Below, piece by piece: positions 34,176 through 46,177 of a stretch of 64,000 nt of DNA (position 1 is the first letter of the stretch; each line of letters begins with the position of its first letter). The stretch comes from Cyanophora paradoxa CCMP329 (taxonomy: Eukaryota; Plantae; Glaucophyta): the NCBI GenBank assembly GCA_004431415.1, contig QPMI01000092.1, positions 1 to 64,000 on the forward strand, given 5' to 3'. The position numbers and the translations under genes were made by a program. Under the pieces are notes generated by a model. The model was not told where the DNA came from. It was given only the letters and a program-made list of their open reading frames with translations, and did no database searches.

Positions 34176-37100
34176 CGCTCAGGTCAGCCCGGCAAAACGC
34201 GCTCAAATCCACGGAACCCAGAGGGAGGGAGGGGAAGGGAGGGAAGGGGGAGGGGAGGGCAGGAGGAAATCACAGAAGGGGGGGGGGGGGGGGGGGGGGG
34301 GGGAAGAAGCGCACTTGACGGCGAGCTTGATGAAGTCGAGCGGGACGTACCTGCCGCGGGGCCCGCCTAAGCCCGGCCCGCGGGACAGGGCCCGCCTCGG
34401 CCAGGCGGGGCGGGGCGGGGCGGGGCGGGGGGCGGCTACGGGGGCCGCGCGCGTGTGCACACGCACCAGACCACACACCAGATCCACACCGCGATCGCTG
34501 CGGGGCGGGCGGGCGGAGACGCGAATCAGTTCCCATGAGGAACGAGGCGGGGCAAGATACATAGAAAGCGAGGCAGGGCCGAGTGTCTAGGTCCCTCTCC
34601 CGAGGGCCGGGCCAGGCCGGGCGTGGCGTAAGTCCCCGTTCTCAGGTGGGCGCGGGCGCGCGGGGTAGGCCGAGGCGCTAGGCTGAGCCGCTAGGCCACA
34701 TGAGTTCGCGTACCCCAGGAGTAGCCGCAGCCGCAGAAGCCGTCGAAGCAGTTGAGGCCGTACACACCGATGAACGAGGCCGCCGTCTGAGAGGGAGCAG
34801 GGCGGGGCGGGGTCGCGTCAGCCATCGGCGCGAAGACGGAGAGGGAGGACGGCCCCCGGCCCGAGGGCAGGGAGGCCGCCGTCAAGAGGAGGTGGCGGGG
34901 CGGATGGCGTCAGCTCTCGGCGCGGCGGGGGAGGGCGGAGACGCGAAGCTAAGCCAGCCAGCCAAGCGCTCAGCCCGGCCAGACTCTAGCGCATGGGGGC
35001 AGAGCGGGGCGGGTCGGGGCGGGGCGGGGCGGGGCGGGGCCGCGGCGGGCGAGCTAGCTAGCCCATACACTGTCAGCCAGCGCTGTCAGCCAGCCATAAA
35101 CTGGGGCGGGGCGGGGCCGGGGCGGGTCCTGGCGGGAGGAGAATAGAGGTAGGAGGGGGTGGGGGAGGGGGAGGCGAGCTAGCGGAGGAGCTCGAGGCAG
35201 GGCGGGCCGGGGCGGGTCGGGCGGGGCGGTAGGGCGCGGGGCGGGGCGGGGCGGGCCTGGGCGAAGACGAAGGCGAGGATGAGGAGGGTCCCCGGGCGCT
35301 CCGTCCACGAGAAGGAGGCCGACCGCGTCACGAAGATCAGCGCCTGCGGGGGAAGGGGTGGGTGGGTGGGTGGGGTGGGGGGGGGGGGGGGGGGGGGCGA
35401 CGACGTCAGTTCGAGCCAGCGAGCGAGGAAGCAATCCCTCTCGCGCCCGCGCACCTGATTCGTGATGGAGATCTGAAGGTAGATGAGGCTGCGGGCATCG
35501 GTCAGCATCCGCATCGGCGCCCGGCGGCTTCTTCTGGTGGGGCGGGGGCGGGGGCGGGGGCGAGCCCGACGGTCTCCTCGTCGGTGAGGGGCTTGAGGCC
35601 GATGTGCGACTGCCACCACCCAGACGTCCGCACCTGCCCGAGCGCGACGCTGGTGAGTCCAGCAGCTGGGGAAGGGTCTCTCCAATCTCTTGGCGGGTCG
35701 GAGGCTGGAAGCTTAAAGGCCCCGGAAGGAAAAGGGGGCCTTCTGGGGCGGGGCCGGGCGGTGCGCTCGCCGTGGCGAAGAAGACGATGGTGGAGGCGGC
35801 GAGGTAGCTGCCCATCGCCAGCCCCACGACGAACAGGTACGCCTGCGGCGCGCGCGGGTGAGGGCGGGAGGGCGCGAGGCGGAGGAGGCGGGCGGGGTGG
35901 GCGGACCAGGTGCCAGTTGACGGGGGCCGGGCTGGGCCTGGGCGGTGCGGTGAGGTCGGGCGGAGTGAGCGCGGTGAGCGACGCGGCCGCAGCCGCGGCC
36001 GCTCGGCGATGAGAGGAAGCGCTCACTTGACGCGGTCCTTGCTGATCGTCATGATCGTCCCGTCGCTGGGGGGGCGAGCAGGCGCGTACACGTGAGCGAG
36101 GGCGGGGCGCGAGCGGCCGGCCCGAGGGGCCCGAACGGGTACGCGCACTTCAGGAACGCCAGGATGACGACCGTGATGGGCCTGCGCGTGCGGCGGGCCG
36201 GCCCGCCTGTCGGGACAGAAGAGGGGGAGAGGAAGAGAGGGATAGAGGCGAGGGGAGGGGGGTACGGGAACGGGAAGTTCCACGCGAAGATGATGATCGA
36301 GAAGGAGAGAACCATCTGGCGGGCCGGGTGGGGGGGGGGAGCGAGGTTAAGGGGGTACAGGCGAACGCACGCGGATGGTCACTGCGATGGAGTAGGAGCT
36401 GCGAAGAGGGGGTCAGGGGGGTATGGAGGGCGGGGCGGGGTGGGGGGCTCGCCTGTAGTTCTCCATTCTGCGGGTCGGAAGGAGGATCAGAAGCAGAGGG
36501 GGAAGGAAGAAAAAGGCAGGCGGGGGCCCGGGAACGAGGGAGGGCCGACCGGTGGAAGATGCGGCGGGCGCCGTAGGATAGAGGCGGGGGAGCTAGGCGA
36601 GGGAACTAGGAGCTAGGCGGGGCGGGGTCGGTGGTCACCGGTGGACGATGCGGCGGGCGCCATAGGCGATAGAGGCGGGCGGTGTCCCTTCTAGCCGTCC
36701 CGGAGAGCGCGCAGCGCGCGCTGACACGGACCGGTGGAAGATGCGGCGGGCGCCGATGATGGCGGAGATGATGACCGAGAGCCCCGGCGACGTCAGAACG
36801 ATGTCCGCCGCTGCGCACGCAGGGCGGGCCGCGGGCTTTAGCGCGGCGGCCCTCGCGGGCGTCATCTAAGCGCTCGGGCCGCTCGCCCGCTTAGGGCCTT
36901 CGCGCGGCGGCCCTCAGGGGCGTCATCTAAGCGGGCGACGGCGCAGGCGTAGGCGCCGCCCCGGGGCCCGAGCCGCTCGGGCCGCTCGCCCGCTCGCAGG
37001 GCGGCGGCCCGTCACGCCCGTCTAAGCGAGCGGCGGGCGGGTCGACGAGCGGGCCCAGGGCGACGGGCGGGGCTCGGCCCGCGCCGGCGGAGGCCGCGGC

Positions 37101-40100
37101 GGCCCTCGCGGCCCGCCCGCTCGGGCAGCTTAGGCGTCGCCCCTCGCGGTCAACGGCGCAGGCGGCTTACGCGGCGCCGGCGCGGGGCGCGAGCCGCTCG
37201 GGCCGTCCGGTCTACTTGGGCGGGCCGCTCGCCGGCGCACCCGAGCGGGCCGCGTCGGTGGCGCCGGAGACGGCGATGCCGATGTCCGCCTTGCGCAGCG
37301 CGGGGGCGTCGTTCACGCCGTCCCCCGTCATCCCCACCCTGCCGGGCGATCAGTGCTTGGCGGGGGATGGCGGGCGCGCGGGGGCGGGCCCACCGGTGGG
37401 CGAGGGCCTGCAGGAGGGACACGATCCGGTGCTTGTGCTCTGCGGCGGGTCAGGCGCGGGCGGCGGGCGGGCGGGCGGGCGGGCGGGCGGGCGGAGCCGG
37501 CGCGGCGCCGAGCAGGGAAGAGAAAGACCTGGGAAGACCTGCGAGCGAGCGGGGCGGGGGCGGGGGCGGGGGCGGGGGCGGGGGGGGGCGGGGGGGAAGG
37601 GGGGGGGAAGGGGGGGGGGGGGGTCGACGACAGCGTCAGCCAGCCGGTCAGGGGAGGGGCCGGCGCCAGTCACCTGGGCGAAGCCGTCCGCCTCCTCAAC
37701 CAGGGCCTCCTCCTGCGCGCGTGCACCGCCGCCGCGCCGGGCGGCGCCCTCGCTCAACTGGCGGGCGGGGGCCTAGCTCGGGGGGTACTGCGGTGGTGCC
37801 CGGACCTGGCGGGAGGCCACAGGGCGGGCGCCCGGGCCCTGGCCCTGGCCCTGGCCCTGGGCCGGCCCCTCCTTCTCGGCGGAGAGGACGGAGGCCAGGT
37901 AGATCTCGTGGCCCATCCCCAGCCGCCGCGCCGTCTCCTGCTTGGAGACAGATTAGAGATGAGAGCCTTAGCGGGCGGGGGCGGGGGCGGGGGAGCCTTA
38001 GTTTGGCCGTGGAGGGCGGGGCGGGGCGGGACGCCTTAAAGCCTCAGAGGTATCTTAGGGAGGAGCCCCAGGAGCCTTAGGAATCTTAGGGGCGGGGCGG
38101 GGCGGGGCGGGGCGGGCCTTGGCGATGGCGAGCTGGTCGCCCGTCAGCATCTTCACCCGCACGCCCTGCGCCGCCCGGATCAGGGGGAGGCGCCCCGAGA
38201 TCTCGCAGAGAGGGGCGGGCGGGGCGGGGCGGGGCGTGCGAGCTGAGGTGGGGAAAGGATGGAGGGAAAGACGGGGCGGGGCGGGGCGGAGGGAGACTCC
38301 TATGACCTTAAAAGAGACTTATGACCTAGGAGCGTGGCGGGGCGGGCCGGGGCGGGGCGGGCCCTTGGAAGTTTAAAAGCCTCCGAAGGGAAAGCGTGCT
38401 TAGAAGGCTTTTGGGGCGGGGCGGGGCGGGGCGGGGCGGGGCGGGGCGGGGCGGGGCGGGGCGCGCAAGCTCGATGGCGCGCTCGATGGTGGAGCGCGAG
38501 TCGTCGCGGGGCGGGTCCAGCAGCGGGATCAGGCCCTCCATCGCCCACCCGCCCGCCCCTGCCCCGCGCGGCCGCCGAGGGTTAGCTACAGCGTCTATCA
38601 GGCGCCCCTGGCCTGCCCGCCGAGGGACACTAGAGCGCCCGGCGTCTATCGGGGGCCCGCCCCGCCTCGTGTTAGGCCCCGGGGTCGGCCGCGAGCCCGC
38701 GCGAGCCCGCCCCGCCTCGTGTTAGGCCGTCGTCTATCTGCCCTGCCCGCCCCGTCGCGCGCGGCGAAGAGGTCAAAGGGCCCGGGGCCGGGTCCCGGGG
38801 GCACGCGCACGTACCCTCCGCGGACTCGGAGCGAGCGACTCCGATCGCCCGGAGGCCCTGCGAGAGGGGGGGCGGGTTGGATTCGAGGCGCGCGGGGGGG
38901 TCGGAAGGAGGGCGCCGGCCGGCGGCACCTGGCTCGCGAACGTGCCGACCGTCGCCTCGATCTGGGGGCGGGGCGAATGAGGAGGAGGCGCCGGGGCGCC
39001 GGACCCGGGCCCTCTAGGCCTTCACCTCTTGCTTCACCGCGTCCTTGTTGTCCGACATCTCCAGGATCTGCGGGGGGGTACCGGAACGAACGCATCGAGC
39101 CCGGCCGGGCGAGGGGAGGGCGGTGGGGAGGTCCCGCAGGGCGGCGCGCCCGGCCGGCAGGGGACGTCCTTCGGGCCCTAGCGCTAGGCCCAACGGGGCG
39201 GGGCGGGCGGGGCGGGGCGGGGGGAGGCGAGGGGTACGGGGAAGGTAGAGAGGCGCGCGGGGCGTGGAGCCGGCGGGCGGCTCTGGCGAGCGGCCCGGCC
39301 TATCCGCGGGGCGGCGGGGCGCCCAGCGCGAGGGGGGGAGGAGGTCAGCGGACACGAGCGGGAAGGCGGGCGGGCTCATCGTCGGGGCGGGGCGGGGCGG
39401 GGCGAGGGGGGCGGGGTACCGGAACGATCGCTTCGCGCGGGTACCCCGCCCGACCGGGCCGCGGGAGGGCGCCGGGGAGGTCGCTCAGGGGGCCTTAAGA
39501 GCTTAGCCCGACGGGGCGGGGGGTACGGGGGGCGGGGCGGGGGCGGGGGCGCGCCCGGAAGCTTAAAACCCTCAGAAGGGAAAGCATTTTTTGGGGGGTG
39601 GCGGGGCGAGGCGGGACCTATCAGCGCGGCGGGCCGCCCGCGCACCACCTGAGGCGCCCCCTTCGCCGTTCGGAAGGTCCCGCCCTCGGGACTCCGCTGC
39701 AGCCACCGCCGCCCGTCAGCGCGGGTGGGCGATGGAGGGAGGGAGAGGGGGGAGAAGCGGGGGGGGGGTACGGGCGCGCCAGGGTTGCCACGGTCTTCTT
39801 TCCGACGGGGTCGAAGGGGACGAACCTGCCGCGGGGCCCGAGCCGTGGGCGGGGCCGTGGGCGGGGCAGGGGAAAACGCGTACCCCAGGAGCTGGTGCGC
39901 GGCGCGGCGCTGCTGGTCCACTTGGGCGCTGCGGGGCCGCGGGCGGGCCGCAAGGTCAGCCGAGCCCAGTAGCTAAGAAAGGCGGAGGGAGAGCTAAGAA
40001 AGATAACCGAAGGCCAAGTCCAGTGGACGGGGTCGAGCGAGCGAGCAGTGGCGGTGCCAGGCGCGGAGGGCCAGGCTAAGTAAGAAAGGCGGCGAGAGCT

Positions 40101-43100
40101 AACAGAAGAAGGCTGAGCAGCCGGGGCCGATCGAGCTAAGGAAGGGCGGGGCCGAAAGGCGGGGGCCGTAAAGACAGCGGAATCCGAAAGGCCGAAAGGC
40201 GGTCCGATCTAAGGAAAGGCGGGGCGGGGGCGGGGCGCGCCAGGCGGAGAGGGTCCGGTCGATGGGCTCCTGCGGGTTGGGCCCGCACGCGAGCGCCGCG
40301 TCCAGCAGCAGTCCCCCCTGCGCACGGCCTCTATGAGACTCTTAGAGACTTTGAGACTCTCTCTGACAGACTCTCCATCATGATCTAGAGGCTCTTATGA
40401 TTTTAGATGCAGCGCCCCCTGCGCGGGGCCTCGCGGGGCCGGGGGGGCCGGGGGAGCGGGGCGGGGCCGGGGGGGCCGGGTGGGCGGGGGTGGGGCAGGG
40501 CCTCGTCATATCAGGAGAGAGGAGGGGGGGGGGCGGGGAGGGGGGGGGGGGGGGGGGCGGGGCGGGCTGGCCCCATCAGGAGGGACGGGGCACTTGAAAT
40601 GTATGATCTAGACTCTTAGAGACTTTAAGACTCTCTCTTAGAGAATCTATGATCAAATCCATTATGATCTAGAGGCTGGAGGGGGGCGTCCGGGAGCGCT
40701 CCCCCCCGTGCGCGGCGCAAAGCGGGGCGGGAGGAGGGGCGGGGCGGGGCGGGCGGGCGGGAGGAGGGGCGGGGCGGGCGGGGCGGGGCGGGGAGGAGGG
40801 CGGGGGGCGGGAGGAGGGGGAGGCCTCGCACCGCCGTGAAGCCCGGGAGGGCGTGCGCGTCGCCGACCGAGAGCTGTGCGAGCGGGCGAGCGAGCGGGCG
40901 AGCGGGCGGGCGGGGTCAATCAGGCCGCCGGCCGGACACGGGGGCCGCTCGGGGCGGCGCGCGCGCCTCGTTCTTGGTAAGCGTTCCCGTCTTGTCTGCG
41001 GATTCCGGTTCGGGCCGGGCCAGATCAAATTGGGATCGAATTAGGAGTGGAGCAGGAGCAGGTCAGATCAGTTCATTAGCGGCCGGCCTCGCCTAGGATC
41101 TAATTTGGACCGGGCGGATCTTATTGTTAGCTGCCTAGGATCAAATTTGGACCGGGCGGATCCTATCACAGCTAAGCGGCCTCGGATCAAATTCTGTTCG
41201 AATTGTAATCCGGGCGGCCTCGGATTCGAACCGGAGCAGAGGACGTCCATGCCGGCCATCTCCTCGACGGCCGTGAGGCGGGAGACGATCGCCCGCTCCC
41301 GAGCCAGCTCCACCGCCCCGATCGCCATCGTCACGCTGCGGGGGAACGGTCGTCAGGCCGGGCGGGCGAACGGGCGAACGGAGGAGGGAGGAGGAACGGT
41401 CGAAGTTAGGAGGAGGAGGAGGAGGAGGAGGAGGAAGGGAGCGGTCGTCGGGAACGGGCGCCCGAGCCAATCTAAAAGCAGAGCGAAGCCAAGCAGCGGA
41501 GGAACGGTCGTCAGGCCGGGCGAACGGGCGGGCGAACGGGCGGGCGAACGGGCGGGCGAACGGGCGGGCGAACGGGCGGGCGAACGGGCGGGCGAACGGG
41601 CGGGCGAACGGGCGGGCGAACGGGCGGGCGAACGGGCGGGCGAACGGGCGGGCGAACGGGCGGGCGAACGGGCGGGCGAACGGGCGGGCGGCCCAGCCAA
41701 GCTGAGCTAAGCAGAGAACGAGACCGCCGAGCTAAGCAGAGGAGCAGAGGAAGAAAGAGAGTGGGAGCTAAGCCGAGGGCGTGCGGCCCTCGCGGAGGAG
41801 GCTAAGCAGGGTCGCTAGCGGCGGGGGAAGCTCAGCGCAGTGGAAGCGGCGACCGGGCGGCCGGGCGGGCGGCTAGGCAGCGTCGCCGGCGTCCGCGAAA
41901 GAGAGGTGCGGCGCGGCGCGGCGGGCGGCGCGCCTCAGGACGGTCGGCATCGCGATGGGGATCCCGCCCACGAGCAGGATGTACAGCTGCGCGCGTGCCC
42001 GGCCGGCTCAGCTCGCGGGCGCGAGGAAGGCCGGGGCGGGGCCGGGTCGGATCTCTCGGATCCAGATTATTCTATATTTTAGACTCTTTCTTAGAGAATC
42101 TCTTAGAGAATCATCCATTAAGCAGGCACCATTAATCTATGATCGGGCGGGCGGGCGGGCAAGGAGCAAGCGAGCGGGCGGGGGCCTGGTTCATGTTCTA
42201 GATTCTATGATCGCGGGGAGAATCTATGATCGCGGGGGCGGGGCGGGGAGCGCCTGGTTGAGGTTCTTGTCCCAGGGGCGCGAGTCGCGGTACGCGGTGT
42301 ACAGGACGATCGCCTCCGCGACGAGGAAGACCGCGATGAAGCCGATGCAGAACCTAAGCAGAGCGGAGGGGAAGAAGCTGAGCAGAGGAGGGCGGGGCGG
42401 GGCGGGGCGGGCGGGCGGGGCGGGGCGGGCGCGGGCGAAGAGATATTGCCTAAGGTGGCCCGCTTAGGTGCGAGCCTGCTTAACCTGAGCAGAGCAGAGG
42501 GGAAGGAGCTGAGCTGGGGCGGGCGGGCGGGGCGGGCGGGGCGGGGCGGGGCGGGGCGGGGCGGGGCGGGCGCGGGCGAAGAGATAGCCTAAGGTGACTT
42601 GATAGCCTTAAGGTGGATAGCCTGAGCAGAGCAGAGCAGAGGGGAAGAAGCTGAGCTGGGGGCGGGGCGGGGCGGGCGGGCGGGCGGGCGGGCGGGCGCG
42701 GGCGAAGAGATATTGCCTAAGGTGGCCTGCTTAGGTGCGACAGTAGAAGCAGAGGAGAAGAAGCTGAGCAGAGGAGGGCGAAGAGATAGCCTAAGGTGGC
42801 TTGCTGAAGGTGGCTTGCTTGCTTAGGTGTGGCGGTAGAGTTGAGGCTAGGCTGTGCCCGGCACGCGCGCCTTGCTTGCACCGGGTGTCCTTTATCTACC
42901 TAGGCTATCTCTAGGCTATCTCTCCGCGCGAAGCCTTAAGCCGAGGGCGGGCGGACCAGCCGATCTGGCTATCTCTAGGCTAATTTCTCCGCGCGAAGCT
43001 TAAGCCTCCGGGTGTCCTTTATCTATCTATCTAGGCTATCTCTAGGCGATCTCTAAGCTGAACTTAAGCCGAGGGCGGGGCGGGCGCGGCGGGCGGACCA

Positions 43101-45081
43101 GCCGATCTGGTTGACGACGTGCTGGATGTGGCCCTCGTTCCCGCCCTCCTGCACCAGCGTCGCCGCCCGCCCCAGGAACGTATCCGGGCCCTGCAGTGCA
43201 GTGCGGGGGTACCGGTGAGCGGCGCCGAGGGCGGGGCGAGGGCGGGGGCGAGGGCGAGGGCGGGCGAGCCGTTGCGTAGACAGCCGCTTCGGCCTCCCCT
43301 GCGCAAGGATAAGCAAAGGGAGGTGGGGGGGGCAGAGGGTAGGGGGGGTACCCTGCTTGACGACGGCCCCGGAGAGGAGGCGCCGGCCGACGTGCAGGTC
43401 CACGGGGAGCTGCGGCGCGCCCCCTGAAACAAGGGGCGGGCGGGGCGGGATGGAAGATAGATAGACAGACAGATAGATAGATAGATAGATAGATATAAGG
43501 ATGGAAGATAGATAGATAGGGAGGGGCGGGCCGGACGGGACGGGACGGGAGCTGCGGCGCGCCCCCCTGAAACAAGGGGCGGGCGGGGCGGGATGGAAGA
43601 TAGATAGATAGGGAGGGGCGGGACGGGACCGGACGGGAGTCCGAAACAGACAAGGGGCGGGGCGGGGCGGGGCGGTGCGGTGCGGTGCGGGATGGGGTGC
43701 GGGAAGGGCGCCCGCTGAAACAAGGGGCGGGAAGATTAAGGGCGGGCGCACGCTCTCGCCGGTGAGGGCGCTCTGGTCGCATTTCAGCTCCGTCCCGGCG
43801 ATGATGCGCGCGTCCGCCGGGATAATATCCCCTGCCGGTATCGATCGCGAGTGAGTGAGGGGGGTACCGGGCGGGAAGGAGGGGGGGGTGGAATTCGGGA
43901 TCGGCGCCTGCGTGCAGGTGCAGGACGTCGCCCGGCACCTGAAGGCGGCGGCCGGGCGTCAGCGGGGGGGTACGGGGCGGGTCGGGGCGGGGGGGTACGG
44001 GGCGGGATCCGAATCGGAAGCACCAGGAGGCGTGCGTCGACGTCCCTCCAGGATCCGTCCCGCTTTACGTTTGCGGAGGGCGACAGGTTGCTCTTGAGCG
44101 CCGCAATCGCCTGGCCCGCGTTGCGCTCCTCGAAGAAACTGATCTGCGGCGCAGGCGTCCTCGTCTTCCTTCCGACGCGTCGGGAAGGGTCCGGCCGTAG
44201 CTACCGACGCGTTCACCTGCGAGGGGGCGGGTTGGGCTCAGAAGCGGGAGGCGGGCGGGGTCCGGTTCAAATTTGATCCGCGGGCGCACGGTCAGAAGGC
44301 CGAGGATCAGCCCAAGGTCAAGCCTGCGCGCGGGGAGATCGAAGTTTGCGGAACACGTACATCTAAAATAAGCTAGGAATCTGGGAACTCGAATGCGGAG
44401 CGCACCATTGGCGCGTGACGGCTGCTAGAATGGCCTGCGAGAAACGCACGCGCCGAAGAGTCAGGCGCTCGGCGCCCCCGGAGCGCACGCGAAGGACTCA
44501 CTGCAATCTCCATGACCCACGAGAGGGGGTTGACTGCGCGACCCGTGATTGAAAGGAAACAGGCAAGCGATTGGAAAGGTCGCGCTGGCGGGAGCCGCCG
44601 CGCAGGTACACGCAACAGTAAAAGGAGAGGCTGCAATGAGGCGGAACCGAGATCAGAGGCAGCGCAACTGCAAGCGCGCTGGCGGCCGCGCCGAGCGCGC
44701 CGGCGGCGCGCTCACAACTTTAGGAACGGGTTCTCCGTGACCTCCTCGAGCTCGTTCGGTCCTGCACGCAGATCATGCTCAGCGCATACGCGCAAGCGCA
44801 CGCGGAGCGGCCGCGGACGCGCCGTGGGTTTCGAGCCGGTGCTGAGCCTCCTGCGTTGAGAGGCCGTCGTGGCTGGTGCCGATGCGAGAGAGGAACGCAT
44901 CGAGAGGTTCCTTTTCGATCTCATCAAGCGTCTCCTCCTGATCCCCGCCAGCTGCAACGGGCGCGCCCTGCTCTGAGGGCGGGGAGCCGACTCGCAACGG
45001 CGCGCGTTCGCTTTCGCGCTGAGGAGATAGGGCCGCAGGCGCCGGGAAGGGCGCAGGGCCCGCTTGGACCGCCGGCGGCAT
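32993..45081 (-). CDS. PMA1: Plasma-membrane P-type (P3A) H+-ATPase, many small exons; C-terminal end approximate
   Basis: Exons in order: [189 protein letters not shown]. Confidence 0.95.
41517..41690. repeat. Intronic 12-bp tandem repeat (GGGCGAACGGGC)n, ~14 copies
   Basis: Perfect array read directly. Confidence 0.95.
42350..42810. repeat. Intronic ~120-bp degenerate tandem repeats
   Basis: About four copies of agcagaggggaagaagctgagc...ggcgaagagata(tt)gcctaaggtg. Confidence 0.8.
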
Positions 45082-45172
45082 GGGTGGTGTACCCGGCAGT
45101 GAGGGTGGGGGGCGAGTCAATGGGGGGCGAGCCGGGAGGGGATACTGTTCGCCCGTGGAGGAGAATCTAGCA

Positions 45173-45639
45173 ATGGCCTTCTGCAGCGCTGCCCCGCTCC
45201 GGACGGAGTTCGTGGCCTCGTCCTCGGGCCTCGGCTACTTCAGCGCTTTCGGGAACAGCCTGATCGCTGGTGCGTCGAGCCGTCGGAAGATTTTTTGTCT
45301 AGCGCCCGCATGCCGCATGCCTCGCTGGCGCGGATGTTGCCATTGTCCTTCCTGAACATGATGTTGACGTTCTTTGTGCGCTCCGCAGCCCCGGCGGCGC
45401 CCGCGCCCCAGAACGAGGGTCTGGCAATCACCATGGCCGTGCCCAAGAAGCACAAGTCCCGGCAGAAGACCGCGTCGGCGAAGGCGACCTGGAAGCGGAA
45501 GGCTAAGGTCGCGGCGGACCGCGCGTGGTCTCTCTACCACTCGATCATGTCCGGCAACTCGACCCGCATCTCCAGCCTCCCGGACAACAAGTACGTGAAG
45601 AAGATTCTGGAGCTCGACGCGCCTGCGGAGTCGGCATAG
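45173..45639 (+). CDS. rpl32: Nucleus-encoded plastid ribosomal protein bL32 with transit peptide (one intron, 45270-45388)
   Basis: Exon 1 MAFCSAAPLRTEFVASSSGLG...; the GT-AG intron joins in frame to ...ITMAVPKKHKSRQKTASAKATWKRKAKVAADRAWSL, a cyanobacterial/plastid-type L32 without a Zn ribbon. Confidence 0.88.
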
Positions 45640-46177
45640 ATTAGAACTATTTAGGTAGGATCGCCGCTGTCGCGGCAGCAGCATCGTGCGGGCAGCTTTT
45701 ACGCGTGTTGTTTTATGGCAGCTTTCCTTTCGCTTTCAACTCGTCTCCATCCTGGCATCTGCATCGTTGCCGTGCCACCGCTCCGCAGGCCGTGCACGCG
45801 GCGCCGCGAGACCTTCGCGACCGCTCTTGGCGGAGTTGTCTGGGGTCGTTTCGAGGAGTGCTGCATCGGGGCCGGGGCTCCATGGGCTCCTCTTAGTCCC
45901 GCGCAGGATCTTCGCTCCTCGCGCCTTCGCCCTTTCTTCCTTTGGGGCCCGCGGGGATGGTTTTCCTTAGGCGGAGGGCCCTCATTCCTCCAGCGTGCAA
46001 CCGGCCTCCTCTACCTCTAGACCGCATGCGCATGCACATTGCCCGAGATCGACATGCAATGCACCCGGAAGAACGGCAGGATTGAGCAGGGCGCCGCATG
46101 GGTGGAGTCCACAAGCCAGGAACGTTCATTTTGACATCGCACGACAGAGGATCACTAGATCTACCTCGGCGGTGACG

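Noticed and set aside
39005-39030. Additional GC donor after EVK
   Set aside because: An in-frame canonical GT donor (GAG/GTGAAG) explains the junction equally well.
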